64,000 nucleotides of DNA from Bacteroidaceae bacterium. Its GTDB lineage: Bacteria > Bacteroidota > Bacteroidia > Bacteroidales > Bacteroidaceae. The stretch is taken from positions 56,358-120,357 of the forward strand of contig JAFRQD010000048.1 of the NCBI GenBank assembly GCA_017428785.1, given 5' to 3'. Each line of letters begins with the position of its first letter. The first letter of the stretch is position 1. A model generated the notes under the pieces. That model worked only from the letters and a program-made list of their open reading frames with translations, did no database searches and was not told the origin of the DNA. Below, one piece after another: positions 1-7,922 of the stretch. The position numbers and the translations under genes are program-made.

Positions 1-427
1 TTTTTGCTGCATTGTCTATCAAAGCCTCGATGGCAAGGCGGTAGCTGTCGAGCCCGAAGCCGCCTACGAAGCCCACGCATCCAGGGCTGATGATGCTGCG
101 ACGGCGGAACTCTTCGCGCTGATAGACATTGCTGATGTGCACCTCGACAGTAGGTGTGCTCACACTCCTCAGGGCATCGAGGATGGCGATGCTGGTGTGG
201 GTATAGGCTCCCGCATTGAGAACGATGCCGTCGCGGTCGAAGCCCACTTCATGAATCTTGTTGATGATTTCACCTTCCAGGTTGCTCTGGAAGTAGTCGA
301 TACGTACCTTGGGGAAGCGGGCACGCAGCTCCTTCAGGTAGTCTTCCCAAGCGCGTTTGCCATAAATCTCAGGCTCGCGAACGCCCAAAAGGTTAAGATT
401 TGGGCCATTGATAATTTGGATTCTCAT
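1..427 (-). CDS. aroQ: Type II 3-dehydroquinate dehydratase; the 3' end runs off the window
   Basis: My own minus-strand translation from the ATG at 427 reads MRIQIINGPNLNLLGVREPEIYG...NAGAYTHTSIAILDAL...VEVHISNVYQREEFRR, which are classic DHquinase II motifs. It is absent from the ORF track because there is no stop in the window. Confidence 0.9.
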   Translation of the reverse strand, partial: MRIQIINGPNLNLLGVREPEIYGKRAWEDYLKELRARFPKVRIDYFQSNLEGEIINKIHEVGFDRDGIVLNAGAYTHTSIAILDALRSVSTPTVEVHISNVYQREEFRRRSIISPGCVGFVGGFGLDSYRLAIEALIDNAAK

Positions 428-516
428 AATAAAACGAAGTTTGTTAGTTCATAGTCCATAGTTCATAGTCCATAGTTATGTGGTGCGAAAGCCTTATAAT
501 TATGTGTTTCTTGCTA

Positions 517-524
517 CAAAGATA
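517..524 (-). promoter_or_regulatory. Bacteroidota -7 box TATCTTTG, candidate aroQ promoter
   Basis: The plus strand reads caaagata, which matches TAnnTTTG on the minus strand, ~90 nt upstream of the aroQ ATG. Confidence 0.5.
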
Positions 525-568
525 TAAATAAATTAAGAATTAAAAAGGATGAATTGAGAATTATTTTA

Positions 569-576
569 TATTTTTG
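569..576 (+). promoter_or_regulatory. Bacteroidota -7 box TATTTTTG, candidate xerD promoter
   Basis: It matches TAnnTTTG and lies ~50 nt upstream of the xerD ATG. Confidence 0.5.
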
Positions 577-626
577 CAGCAAAAACGCAACTATGGACTA
601 TGAACTATGGACTATGAACTGACTTT

Positions 627-1559
627 ATGCACTATGAACTGACAAATACCAATGTTGTGGGCAACGCCATCCTCCGCCGCTACTTCCAGTACCTGCGGCT
701 GGAGAGGTCTTATACCGCAAACACCCTCGATGCCTATCTCAAAGACCTGCAGAAGCTGCTGAACTACTTTGCCGACGAGGGCATCGACTTCCGCAATGTC
801 ACGCTCGAGCAGCTGGACCACTTTGCGAAGGCTTTGCAGGAGCTCGGTGTAGGGCCCCGCTCCGTGGCTCGCATCCTGAGCGGCGTGCGTTCGTTCTACC
901 GTTTCCTGACCATCGAGAAAGAGATAGAGACCGATCCCACCGAGCTGCTCGAGAGTCCGAAGATAGGCAAGCATCTGCCCGAAGTGTTGAGTCTGAACGA
1001 GATTGACGAGATAGAGGCGGCCATCGACCTCAGCAAACCGGAAGGCGTGCGCGACCTCGCCATCATAGAGGTGCTGTTCAGTTGCGGACTGCGCATCAGC
1101 GAATTGGTCAACCTGAAGCTGAGCGAGCTCTACCTCGAGGAGGGCTACATCCGTGTGCACGGTAAGGGGAGGAAGGAAAGGCTTGTCCCCATCGGCGACT
1201 CCGCCATCGAGAAGTTGCGCGACTGGTTCGTGGTGCGGCAAGGCATCGCAGTGAAGCCCGGCGAGGACGACTATGTCTTCATCTCCCTCCGACGAGGCAA
1301 ACACCTCAGCCGCATCTCCCTCTTCGTCTATATCAAGGAGTATGCCGAGAAGGCGGGCATCAGGAAAAACATCAGCCCACACACCTTCCGCCACAGCTTC
1401 GCCACGCAGCTTTTGGAAGGAGGGGCTAATCTGCGAGCCATCCAAGCCATGCTCGGCCACGAAGACATCGGCACGACAGAGATATACATGCACATAGACA
1501 AGAGCCACCTCAGACAGGAGATTCTGGAGCATCATCCGAGGAACATAAAAGAGCCCTGA
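627..1559 (+). CDS. xerD: Tyrosine site-specific recombinase XerD
   Basis: 310 aa with a phage-integrase N-terminal SAM-like region (RRYFQYLRLERSYTANTLDAYLKDL) and catalytic-domain motifs (RDLAIIEVLFSCGLRISEL, HTFRHSFATQLLEGGANLRAIQAMLGHEDIGTTEIY). It is divergent from aroQ, which as I recall is common in Bacteroidota. Confidence 0.85.
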   Translation: MHYELTNTNVVGNAILRRYFQYLRLERSYTANTLDAYLKDLQKLLNYFADEGIDFRNVTLEQLDHFAKALQELGVGPRSVARILSGVRSFYRFLTIEKEIETDPTELLESPKIGKHLPEVLSLNEIDEIEAAIDLSKPEGVRDLAIIEVLFSCGLRISELVNLKLSELYLEEGYIRVHGKGRKERLVPIGDSAIEKLRDWFVVRQGIAVKPGEDDYVFISLRRGKHLSRISLFVYIKEYAEKAGIRKNISPHTFRHSFATQLLEGGANLRAIQAMLGHEDIGTTEIYMHIDKSHLRQEILEHHPRNIKEP

Positions 1560-1568
1560 GGGGGGGCG

Positions 1569-1660
1569 GAAAACGCCGCACGCGGCGATGCCCAACGCCG
1601 CACGCGGGGATTGCCATCGCCGCAGCCGGGGATTGCCATCGCCGCACGCGGCGTTTTTTG
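1569..1660. repeat. Tandem array with ~22 bp period of the palindromic unit CGCCGCACGCGG(GGATTGCCAT), directly after the xerD stop
   Basis: There are four copies of cgccgc-ac-gcggcg-type palindromes. The outer units read aaaacgccgcacgcggcg and cgccgcacgcggcgtttttt. Confidence 0.85.
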
Positions 1661-1797
1661 CTCCTCCCTGAGGAAATAAACTGCCTAAAACAGAGCAATT
1701 TGCATTTTCATGCACCAAAAGTTTGCATTTTGCAAGAAAAATACACCCTCCGACGCACTTTTTCGCGTTTTTTCATTGCACTTTGAAAATAAATTAC

Positions 1798-1805
1798 TAC
1801 TTTTG
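1798..1805 (+). promoter_or_regulatory. -7 box TACTTTTG upstream of the lrp-like gene
   Basis: It matches TAnnTTTG, 34 nt upstream of the ATG at 1839. Confidence 0.5.
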
Positions 1806-1838
1806 CTATCAATTTAACAAGCAACAACACTTATTATC

Positions 1839-2303
1839 ATGATTAAAGTAGACGATTTAGACAAAAAGATTCTCGAGATGATTTCCTGTAACGCCCGCAT
1901 TCCCTTCAAAGAGGTTGCTGAAGCATGCGGTGTGAGTCGTGCAGCCGTTCACCAGCGTGTTCAGCACCTCATCGAAGCCAATGTCATCACAGGCTCCGGC
2001 TTCCATGTCGACCCCTCGTGCCTGGGCTACAACACCTGCACCTTCATCGGCATCACGCTCGAAAAGGCATCAATGTATAATCGGGTTGTGGAGAAACTCG
2101 AGAAGATATCCGAAATCGTGGAATGCCACTTCACAACAGGCCCCTACACCATGCTTATCAAGCTCTACGCAAAGGACAACGCGCACTTGATGACGCTGCT
2201 CAACGACCGCCTGCAGGAGATAGACGGAGTGGTTTCCACAGAGACGCTCATCTCCCTCAAGCAGAGCTTCAAGAAAGAAGTGCCCATCGGATCCGACAAA
2301 TAG
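1839..2303 (+). CDS. Lrp/AsnC family transcriptional regulator
   Basis: 154 aa with an N-terminal HTH (LDKKILEMISCNARIPFKEVAEACGVSRAAVHQRVQHL) and a C-terminal RAM/AsnC_trans_reg-like domain. Confidence 0.85.
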   Translation: MIKVDDLDKKILEMISCNARIPFKEVAEACGVSRAAVHQRVQHLIEANVITGSGFHVDPSCLGYNTCTFIGITLEKASMYNRVVEKLEKISEIVECHFTTGPYTMLIKLYAKDNAHLMTLLNDRLQEIDGVVSTETLISLKQSFKKEVPIGSDK

Positions 2304-2310
2304 ACTGCCC

Positions 2311-4092
2311 ATGACACGCGAACACCCACTCATAGGCATCACGGGCAACTTTGGGGAGAAGGGCTGCGAACTGGCTGAGGGCTACTATCTCTCTGTCCTC
2401 AAGGCGGGAGGAACGCCGGTTGCCATTCCGCCTCACAACGACAAGCAAGCGCTCATCTCTCTCCTGGAAACCCTCGACGGCATCGTCTTCTCAGGAGGCG
2501 GCGACATCAACCCGCTCCTCCTCGGCGAAGAGCCTTTGCCTCAGCTCCATAGTGTCTGCCCGAAACGCGACGAGCCGGAACTCTTCCTCGCTCGCGAAGC
2601 CTTCCACCGGCAAATACCGATGCTGGGCATCTGCCGAGGCATACAAGTGATGGCAGCAGCCCTCGGAGGCAAAGTCTGGCAGGATATTTATATCATTGAA
2701 AATGGAAAATTGAATATTGAAGGGGAATGCGAAACCCAGAATCTTCAATCTTCAATCTTCAATCTTCAATCTTCAATAATAAAGCACTCTCAGGACATGC
2801 CCCGCCACTACGCTTCCCACACAGTCTGCCTCAAGGAAGGAAGTGTGCTCCAAGGCGCCTTCGGCAACAAACAGAGCATTGCTGTCAACTCCTTCCACCA
2901 TCAGGCAGTAAGAGACCCGGGACCGCATCTGAAGGTCTCGGCCATGAGTCCCGACGGCATCATCGAGGGTGTGGAAAGCAGCGAGCACAAGGCATTGCTC
3001 GGCGTACAGTGGCATCCCGAATGCTTCATCCTGAACAACGACGAGAGCCACATGTCGGTCTTCCGCTGGCTCATCAGCGAAGCCAGGACCTTCTCGATGG
3101 CAAAACACATCCACGACACATCTATTATATTAGACAGCCACTGCGACACACCGATGTTCTTCACGGAAAACAGCAGGGAGAACATTCAGATGTTCGGCAC
3201 CCGCTCCGACAAAGTGCTCGTCAACCTGCCGAAGATGAAGGAAGGCCGACTGGATGCATCCATCATGGTGGCCTATCTTCCACAAGGCCCGCGAACAGAA
3301 GAAGCCTACAAGGCTGTCACGGAAAAGGCAAACCGACTGCTCACCCAGATGGACGAGATAGTGCAGGCGAACAACGACCGTGTGGGCTTTGCCGAGACCG
3401 CAGACGACATCCTCCGGCTCAAGGCGCAAGGCAAGAAAGCCATCCTCAGAGGCATCGAGAACGGCTACGCCATCGGTAAGGACCTCAGCCTGCTGGAGCA
3501 ATTCAAGAAGCGCGGCATCGTCTATATGACACTGTGCCATAATGGCGACAACGACATCTGCGACTCGGCAAAAGGAAACGCTGAGCATGGAGGCCTGAGC
3601 GCCTTCGGCCGAGATGTCGTGAGCGAGATGAACCGGCTCGGCATCCTTGTGGACATGAGCCACGCTTCCGAGAAGAGTTTCTACGACGCGCTCGAACTCA
3701 GCAAGGTTCCCATCGTTTGCAGTCACAGCTCTGCACGCGCTCTTTGCGACCATCCGCGCAACCTAACCGACGACCAGATGCGGGCTTTGGCAAAGGCCGA
3801 CGGCGTGGCTCAGATAACGGTGTATCCAGGTTTCCTCCGCACCGACGGAGAAGCCACCGTCATCGACGCCATCGAGCACCTCTGCCACGCAGCAAAGATT
3901 ATGGGCGTGGAGCATGTCGGCCTCGGAACGGATTTCGATGGAGACGGCGGTGTGCCCGGCCTGGCCGATGCCTCCGAGATAATCAACTTCACCCGCCATC
4001 TGCTTCGACGCCAGTTCTCGGAACAGGACATCCGCCTCATCATGGGCGGAAACTTCCTGCGCGCCATGTCAACCGCCAAAATCCCGTTATAA
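2311..4092 (+). CDS. Fusion protein: class-I glutamine amidotransferase/peptidase C26 (PuuD-like) N-terminal domain plus membrane (renal-type, M19) dipeptidase C-terminal domain
   Basis: The N-terminal half has GGGDINP and PMLGICRGIQVM (nucleophile Cys) and HHQAV...WHPE. The C-terminal half has ILDSHCDTP, YMTLCHNGDNDICDS, VDMSHASEKSF, CSHSSARALCDHPRN and GLGTDFDG. Confidence 0.75.
   Translation: MTREHPLIGITGNFGEKGCELAEGYYLSVLKAGGTPVAIPPHNDKQALISLLETLDGIVFSGGGDINPLLLGEEPLPQLHSVCPKRDEPELFLAREAFHRQIPMLGICRGIQVMAAALGGKVWQDIYIIENGKLNIEGECETQNLQSSIFNLQSSIIKHSQDMPRHYASHTVCLKEGSVLQGAFGNKQSIAVNSFHHQAVRDPGPHLKVSAMSPDGIIEGVESSEHKALLGVQWHPECFILNNDESHMSVFRWLISEARTFSMAKHIHDTSIILDSHCDTPMFFTENSRENIQMFGTRSDKVLVNLPKMKEGRLDASIMVAYLPQGPRTEEAYKAVTEKANRLLTQMDEIVQANNDRVGFAETADDILRLKAQGKKAILRGIENGYAIGKDLSLLEQFKKRGIVYMTLCHNGDNDICDSAKGNAEHGGLSAFGRDVVSEMNRLGILVDMSHASEKSFYDALELSKVPIVCSHSSARALCDHPRNLTDDQMRALAKADGVAQITVYPGFLRTDGEATVIDAIEHLCHAAKIMGVEHVGLGTDFDGDGGVPGLADASEIINFTRHLLRRQFSEQDIRLIMGGNFLRAMSTAKIPL
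2694..2780. repeat. Hairpin-capable AT-rich element with (AATCTTC)x5, located in frame inside the C26 domain
   Basis: attgaaaatggaaaattgaatattgaagg is followed by five tandem aatcttc copies at 2740-2774. Together they translate as IIENGKLNIEGECETQNLQSSIFNLQSSII. The same TTCAAT/ATTGAA repeat family occurs intergenically at 36361, 39186, 43040 and 44290. Confidence 0.85.
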
Positions 4093-4123
4093 CGAAATCC
4101 CGTCATAACGAAGAAAAGAAAAG

Positions 4124-5116
4124 ATGAAAAGAGTTATCTTCTGGCTTTCCGCCATAATAATCCTCCTGCTTACATCATGCGACGGACAGAACAAAGGGAA
4201 GCGCCCCATCTCGGATACTATCGCCTTATCATCTTGTCCAGACTTCTCGGTAAGCAATGCCATGCTCTACATCAAAGAGCAATGCGAGTTCGGACCACGC
4301 GTCACAGGCAGCAATGCCTCCAGGCAATGTGGCGATTACCTTGTGGAGCGCTTCAAGGAATTCGGTGCTACGGTTGAGGAGCAGACAGGCGATGTGACCA
4401 TCTGGGACGGCACAAAACTGTCCGTCCGGAACATCATCGCACACATCAACCCCAGCAATCCCGACCGAATCCTGCTGTGTGCCCATTGGGACAGCCGTCC
4501 CTGGGCAGACAACGACCCCGACGAGGCCAACCATCACACGCCTATTCTGGCTGCCAACGACGGTGCCAGCGGAGTTGCTGTCATGCTGGAGATATGCCGG
4601 CTTCTGCAGGAAAGACCGGTACTCGTGGGCGTTGATATGATATGCTTCGACGCTGAGGACTTGGGGACACCGCAATGGGCAGAAGACCGCAACGGCTCCT
4701 CCGACACCTGGTGCCTCGGGTCGAAACTCTGGGCAGAACGAGCCAGAACAGACAACTACAAAGCGCGCTTTGGCATACTGCTCGACATGGTAGGCGGCTA
4801 CGGAGCAAGCTTCTCCCGTGAAGGCGTCAGCAAGCAACTGGCTCTGCCTATCGTCAACCGCGTCTGGCAACTTGCCGGGCAGCTCGGCTACAGGCAGTTC
4901 TTCCCGCTCACAGACGCTGGCTACATTACCGACGACCACATCAATGTGAACGATGCCGGCGTGCCGTGCATCGACATCATCCCCTATTACACCGACGGCC
5001 CAAGCAGCTTCGGTCCCACATGGCACACCCTGAAGGACACGCCGGAGAACATCGACCCGAATGTCCTCGAAGCCGTCGGCCAAACACTTACACAGCTGAT
5101 TTACAATGAGCATTAA
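4124..5116 (+). CDS. M28-family zinc peptidase fold, glutaminyl-peptide cyclotransferase-like lipoprotein
   Basis: It has a lipoprotein signal (LLLTSC) and the motifs LLCAHWDSRPWADND, AANDGASGVAVMLE and ICFDAEDLG, typical of bacterial type-II glutaminyl cyclase/M28. Confidence 0.6.
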   Translation: MKRVIFWLSAIIILLLTSCDGQNKGKRPISDTIALSSCPDFSVSNAMLYIKEQCEFGPRVTGSNASRQCGDYLVERFKEFGATVEEQTGDVTIWDGTKLSVRNIIAHINPSNPDRILLCAHWDSRPWADNDPDEANHHTPILAANDGASGVAVMLEICRLLQERPVLVGVDMICFDAEDLGTPQWAEDRNGSSDTWCLGSKLWAERARTDNYKARFGILLDMVGGYGASFSREGVSKQLALPIVNRVWQLAGQLGYRQFFPLTDAGYITDDHINVNDAGVPCIDIIPYYTDGPSSFGPTWHTLKDTPENIDPNVLEAVGQTLTQLIYNEH

Positions 5117-5528
5117 CCAGATACAGAACGAAATCATCGCGGAGTTCAGCGACTTCGACGATTGGATGGACCGCTACCAGCTACTCATCGACATGGGCAG
5201 CGAGCAGGAACCGCTCGACGAGCAATATAAGACGGAGCAAAACCTCATCGACGGCTGCCAGAGCCGGGTGTGGTTGCAGGCCGATTTAATCGATGGAATG
5301 GTGCATTTTCGTGCGGAAAGCGACGCATTGATCGTAAAGGGAATCGTCACTTTGCTTGTTCGCGTTCTCTCAGACCACACGCCGCAGGAGATACTCGATG
5401 CCGATCTGTACTTCATCGATCGCATCGGGCTTCGAGAACATCTCTCGCCGACCCGAAGCAACGGACTCGGGGCGATGCTCAAGCAAATGCGGATGTATGC
5501 CTTGGCCTTCAAAGTAAAGACCCCCTAA
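5106..5528 (+). CDS. sufE: SufE-family cysteine desulfuration protein
   Basis: 140 aa. The DGCQSRVWL motif and its overall length match SufE/CsdE. Confidence 0.8.
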   Translation: MSINQIQNEIIAEFSDFDDWMDRYQLLIDMGSEQEPLDEQYKTEQNLIDGCQSRVWLQADLIDGMVHFRAESDALIVKGIVTLLVRVLSDHTPQEILDADLYFIDRIGLREHLSPTRSNGLGAMLKQMRMYALAFKVKTP

Positions 5529-5612
5529 CCCCCTTAGGAGGAACTATTGGCAAATGATATGACGACTGAGGCCAAGCATCATAAGGAATTCCCCTTAAAG
5601 GGGGTTAGGGGG
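5521..5612. repeat. Perfect 15-bp inverted repeat (ccccctaaccccctt / aagggggttaggggg) straddling the sufE stop and the dusB start
   Basis: 5521-5535 is the exact reverse complement of 5598-5612. The distal arm is translated as part of the dusB N-terminus (PLKGVRGS). Confidence 0.9.
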
Positions 5613-6608
5613 TCCGCTTTGCTGGCACCGATGGAAGATGTCACCGACATCGGTTTCCGTCTACTTTGCCGGCAGATGGGCGCGGCGATGGTCTATTCTG
5701 AGTTCGTCTCGAGCGACGCCCTCATTCGCCTCGTGAACAAAAGTCTGCTCAAGCTGCAGATTTGTCCCGAGGAAAGGCCGGTAGCCATCCAGATATACGG
5801 CAAGGATGTCGATGCGATGCGCGAGGCGGCAAAGATTGTCGTGGAGCAGGCACACCCCGATGTGCTGGACATCAACTTCGGCTGTCCCGTCAAGAAGGTC
5901 GCGAGCAAAGGTGCCGGAGCCGGCATGCTGCAGAATGTGCCCGGCATCCTCGAGATAACAAAGGCTGTCGTGGAGGCTGTTCCCGATACGCCCGTCACCG
6001 TCAAAACCCGTCTGGCTTGGGACGAAAAGCACCTCCTTTTGCCCGACGGCACGCCCTTCATCGTCGACCTGGCCGAGCGCCTGCAGGACTGCGGCATCAA
6101 GGCATTGACCATCCACGGCCGTACAAGAGCACAGATGTACACCGGAGAGGCCGACTGGACATACATCGGGCAGGTGAAGGCCAATCCCCGCATGCATATC
6201 CCCATCATCGGCAACGGCGACATCACCTCTGCCGAAGAGGCCAGGCAAGCCTTCGACCGCTATGGCGTCGATGCCGTCATGATAGGCCGCGCCACCTTCG
6301 GACGCCCTTGGATATTCCACGAGATAGCCCATCCCGAGCAGCCGCTCACGCTCGACGAGAAGATAGACATACTTAAACAACAAGTGCTCATAAGCATCGA
6401 CCGTGCCTCGCAAGACCCCATCAAGGCCAAGTTCGGCAAAGACCCCGAGCTTTGCGGCATCCGTCATGTCCGTCGCCATCTCGCCGCCACGCCCCTCTTC
6501 AAAGGCATCCCCAACTATCGCGACACCCGCATCGCCATGCTCCGTGCTGAAAAGAAAGAGGACGTCTTCGCCCTCATCGAGCAAACGAGGCAGATGTTGA
6601 AAGCTTGA
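5559..6608 (+). CDS. dusB: tRNA-dihydrouridine synthase
   Basis: LAPMEDVTDIGFRLLCRQMGA, INFGCPVKKV and TIHGRT are Dus-family motifs. The ORF opens at TTG 5547 and the first in-frame ATG is at 5559, so the start is uncertain. Confidence 0.85.
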   Translation: MTTEAKHHKEFPLKGVRGSALLAPMEDVTDIGFRLLCRQMGAAMVYSEFVSSDALIRLVNKSLLKLQICPEERPVAIQIYGKDVDAMREAAKIVVEQAHPDVLDINFGCPVKKVASKGAGAGMLQNVPGILEITKAVVEAVPDTPVTVKTRLAWDEKHLLLPDGTPFIVDLAERLQDCGIKALTIHGRTRAQMYTGEADWTYIGQVKANPRMHIPIIGNGDITSAEEARQAFDRYGVDAVMIGRATFGRPWIFHEIAHPEQPLTLDEKIDILKQQVLISIDRASQDPIKAKFGKDPELCGIRHVRRHLAATPLFKGIPNYRDTRIAMLRAEKKEDVFALIEQTRQMLKA

Positions 6609-6688
6609 CAATTACCCAAATCGGATATCCAATATGGATAATTGTATTTGTCGACTTAACATAAACATTTATCTTTTCCTTCGTCACT

Positions 6689-7555
6689 TTAACAGCCAAC
6701 GAAAGACACTATTACTGAGAATATTACTACTATTATTCCTATGATATTATAGATAAAAGCTTCATTGGATTTTTTATTCATTTCACTATCAAAATCCTTA
6801 TCTATACCAGTATATATAGAGTTGTTTTCTTTGGCGGCCTTTTCTATATCCAAAGCTCCTGCATTTGTGGTAATACGGATACCATTATTTTGTCTTGATA
6901 CGCCATAGACTTTTAGAAGAATTCTTGATATTAAACGTGCTGCACCCTCCGCATCTTGTCCAAAATCTATTGCATACGAGATACTTGTTTTAATAAAAGA
7001 TTCTTTATGAGTCTCATAACCATTAGAAAATTCAAAATCCTCCGCATATTCGCGTGACATAAAAATAGGATACATCTCTAAATCCTTGAAATTCCTTTTA
7101 TAACTATCTTGTCGCAGCAATTTACTCATATATTTTGAAGGTCTCTGCATCTGACTTGTACGAAATCCTTTATTTTCTTGATATACTACATCATAAAATG
7201 TCAGTATTATTAACAAACCTCTATTTGTCGATGTAAAATCTATTACTGTTCCGTCATCCCATGTCCACAGCTTGCCTGCAGGAGAAAACACACTAATGTA
7301 CACCTCTCCTCCACATATATCTGTTCGGACATCTGTTCCTTCGGGATTATCAGCTTGAAGTTGGAGATTCTTTTGCAAATTTTCTATGAGTCCGGGGAAT
7401 ACCCAATCATTACTGTTAAGATAAGATATAGATTTAACATCTATTCCTTTTTCTACAAATCTTACCAACAAACTGCCGCAGTACTCACAGTTTTGTGCAT
7501 TCGTCGTGTTCGCGCCACAATTCGGGCAAACATAAGTTTTTAGTTCCATTTCCAA
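6689..7555 (-). CDS. Zinc-ribbon protein with a C-terminal transmembrane anchor (family not recognised); third gene of the AT-rich island operon
   Basis: It has an N-terminal CPNCGAN..x..CEYCGS zinc ribbon and a C-terminal hydrophobic helix (AFIYNIIGIIVVIFSVIVSFVGC). The gap to the upstream gene is 7 nt. Confidence 0.6.
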   Translation of the reverse strand: MEMELKTYVCPNCGANTTNAQNCEYCGSLLVRFVEKGIDVKSISYLNSNDWVFPGLIENLQKNLQLQADNPEGTDVRTDICGGEVYISVFSPAGKLWTWDDGTVIDFTSTNRGLLIILTFYDVVYQENKGFRTSQMQRPSKYMSKLLRQDSYKRNFKDLEMYPIFMSREYAEDFEFSNGYETHKESFIKTSISYAIDFGQDAEGAARLISRILLKVYGVSRQNNGIRITTNAGALDIEKAAKENNSIYTGIDKDFDSEMNKKSNEAFIYNIIGIIVVIFSVIVSFVGC

Positions 7556-7562
7556 AAGGTTT

Positions 7563-7910
7563 TTAATTATTATTATTAGTTGATAAATACCCTGCTGATA
7601 CTAACATCACTACTTGTAACAGAACAAGCAGTATGATTGCTATTAGATAGTAATTGTCATTAAAACGTTCTGCTGCAAGGCACCCACATATCAGCTCTAT
7701 GAGGGTAAACACGGGGAAAAGGCAGTTGAACGAAACTCTGTAGCCATCGCTCAGTTTCAAAGAGGAGACAACACTGAGCATTATGACAGACAGAATGATG
7801 ATTCCCGAGTTCAGCGCACAATTGAATGTGCTGTAACTTGACAGCATCAAGCCAAACAGTACGTTTAGCAGAAGCAAGATGCTTCCGATAATGATTGAAA
7901 TAGTCTTCAT
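7563..7910 (-). CDS. Small integral membrane protein with about 4 TM helices
   Basis: 115 aa and almost entirely hydrophobic in four segments. It sits 12 nt after the SPFH gene and 7 nt before the zinc-ribbon gene. Confidence 0.55.
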   Translation of the reverse strand: MKTISIIIGSILLLLNVLFGLMLSSYSTFNCALNSGIIILSVIMLSVVSSLKLSDGYRVSFNCLFPVFTLIELICGCLAAERFNDNYYLIAIILLVLLQVVMLVSAGYLSTNNNN

Positions 7911-7922
7911 ACCTTATTATAT

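Larger units (their letters stand above)
445..620. repeat. Perfect 32-bp inverted repeat of CATAGTY heptamers (446-477 vs 589-620) flanking the aroQ/xerD divergent promoter segment
   Basis: The reverse complement of 589-620 (aactatggactatgaactatggactatgaact) equals 446-477 (agttcatagtccatagttcatagtccatagtt). Confidence 0.9.

Noticed and set aside
1569-1660. I considered whether the 22-bp tandem arrays here and at 12843, 34775, 42921, 51380 and 58866 could be CRISPR arrays.
   Set aside because: The units are directly adjacent or separated only by short, conserved, repeat-like linkers. There are no unique spacers, at most ~5 units per array, no leader, and no cas genes in the window.
612-1718. 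Long antisense or off-frame ORFs overlapping confidently identified genes. Examples are 612-1718(-), 13461-15014(+), 15775-18405(+), 18168-19769(+), 39297-40691(-), 40846-42135(-), 46568-47368(+), 48304-49806(+) and 51070-54135(+).
   Set aside because: Their translations are low-complexity and rich in Arg, Ala, Gly, Val, His and Leu, with no recognisable motifs. They mirror genes that have strong family signatures (xerD, porX, porW, aroA, DUF1111, porin, GH78, mutS). These are typical shadow ORFs of GC-rich DNA.
2727-3479. A 250 aa +3-frame ORF inside the C26-M19 fusion gene, with similar internal ORFs at 3717-4127 and 3130-3753(-).
   Set aside because: These are Arg/Pro/His-rich off-frame translations of a gene that has clear catalytic motifs in its annotated frame.
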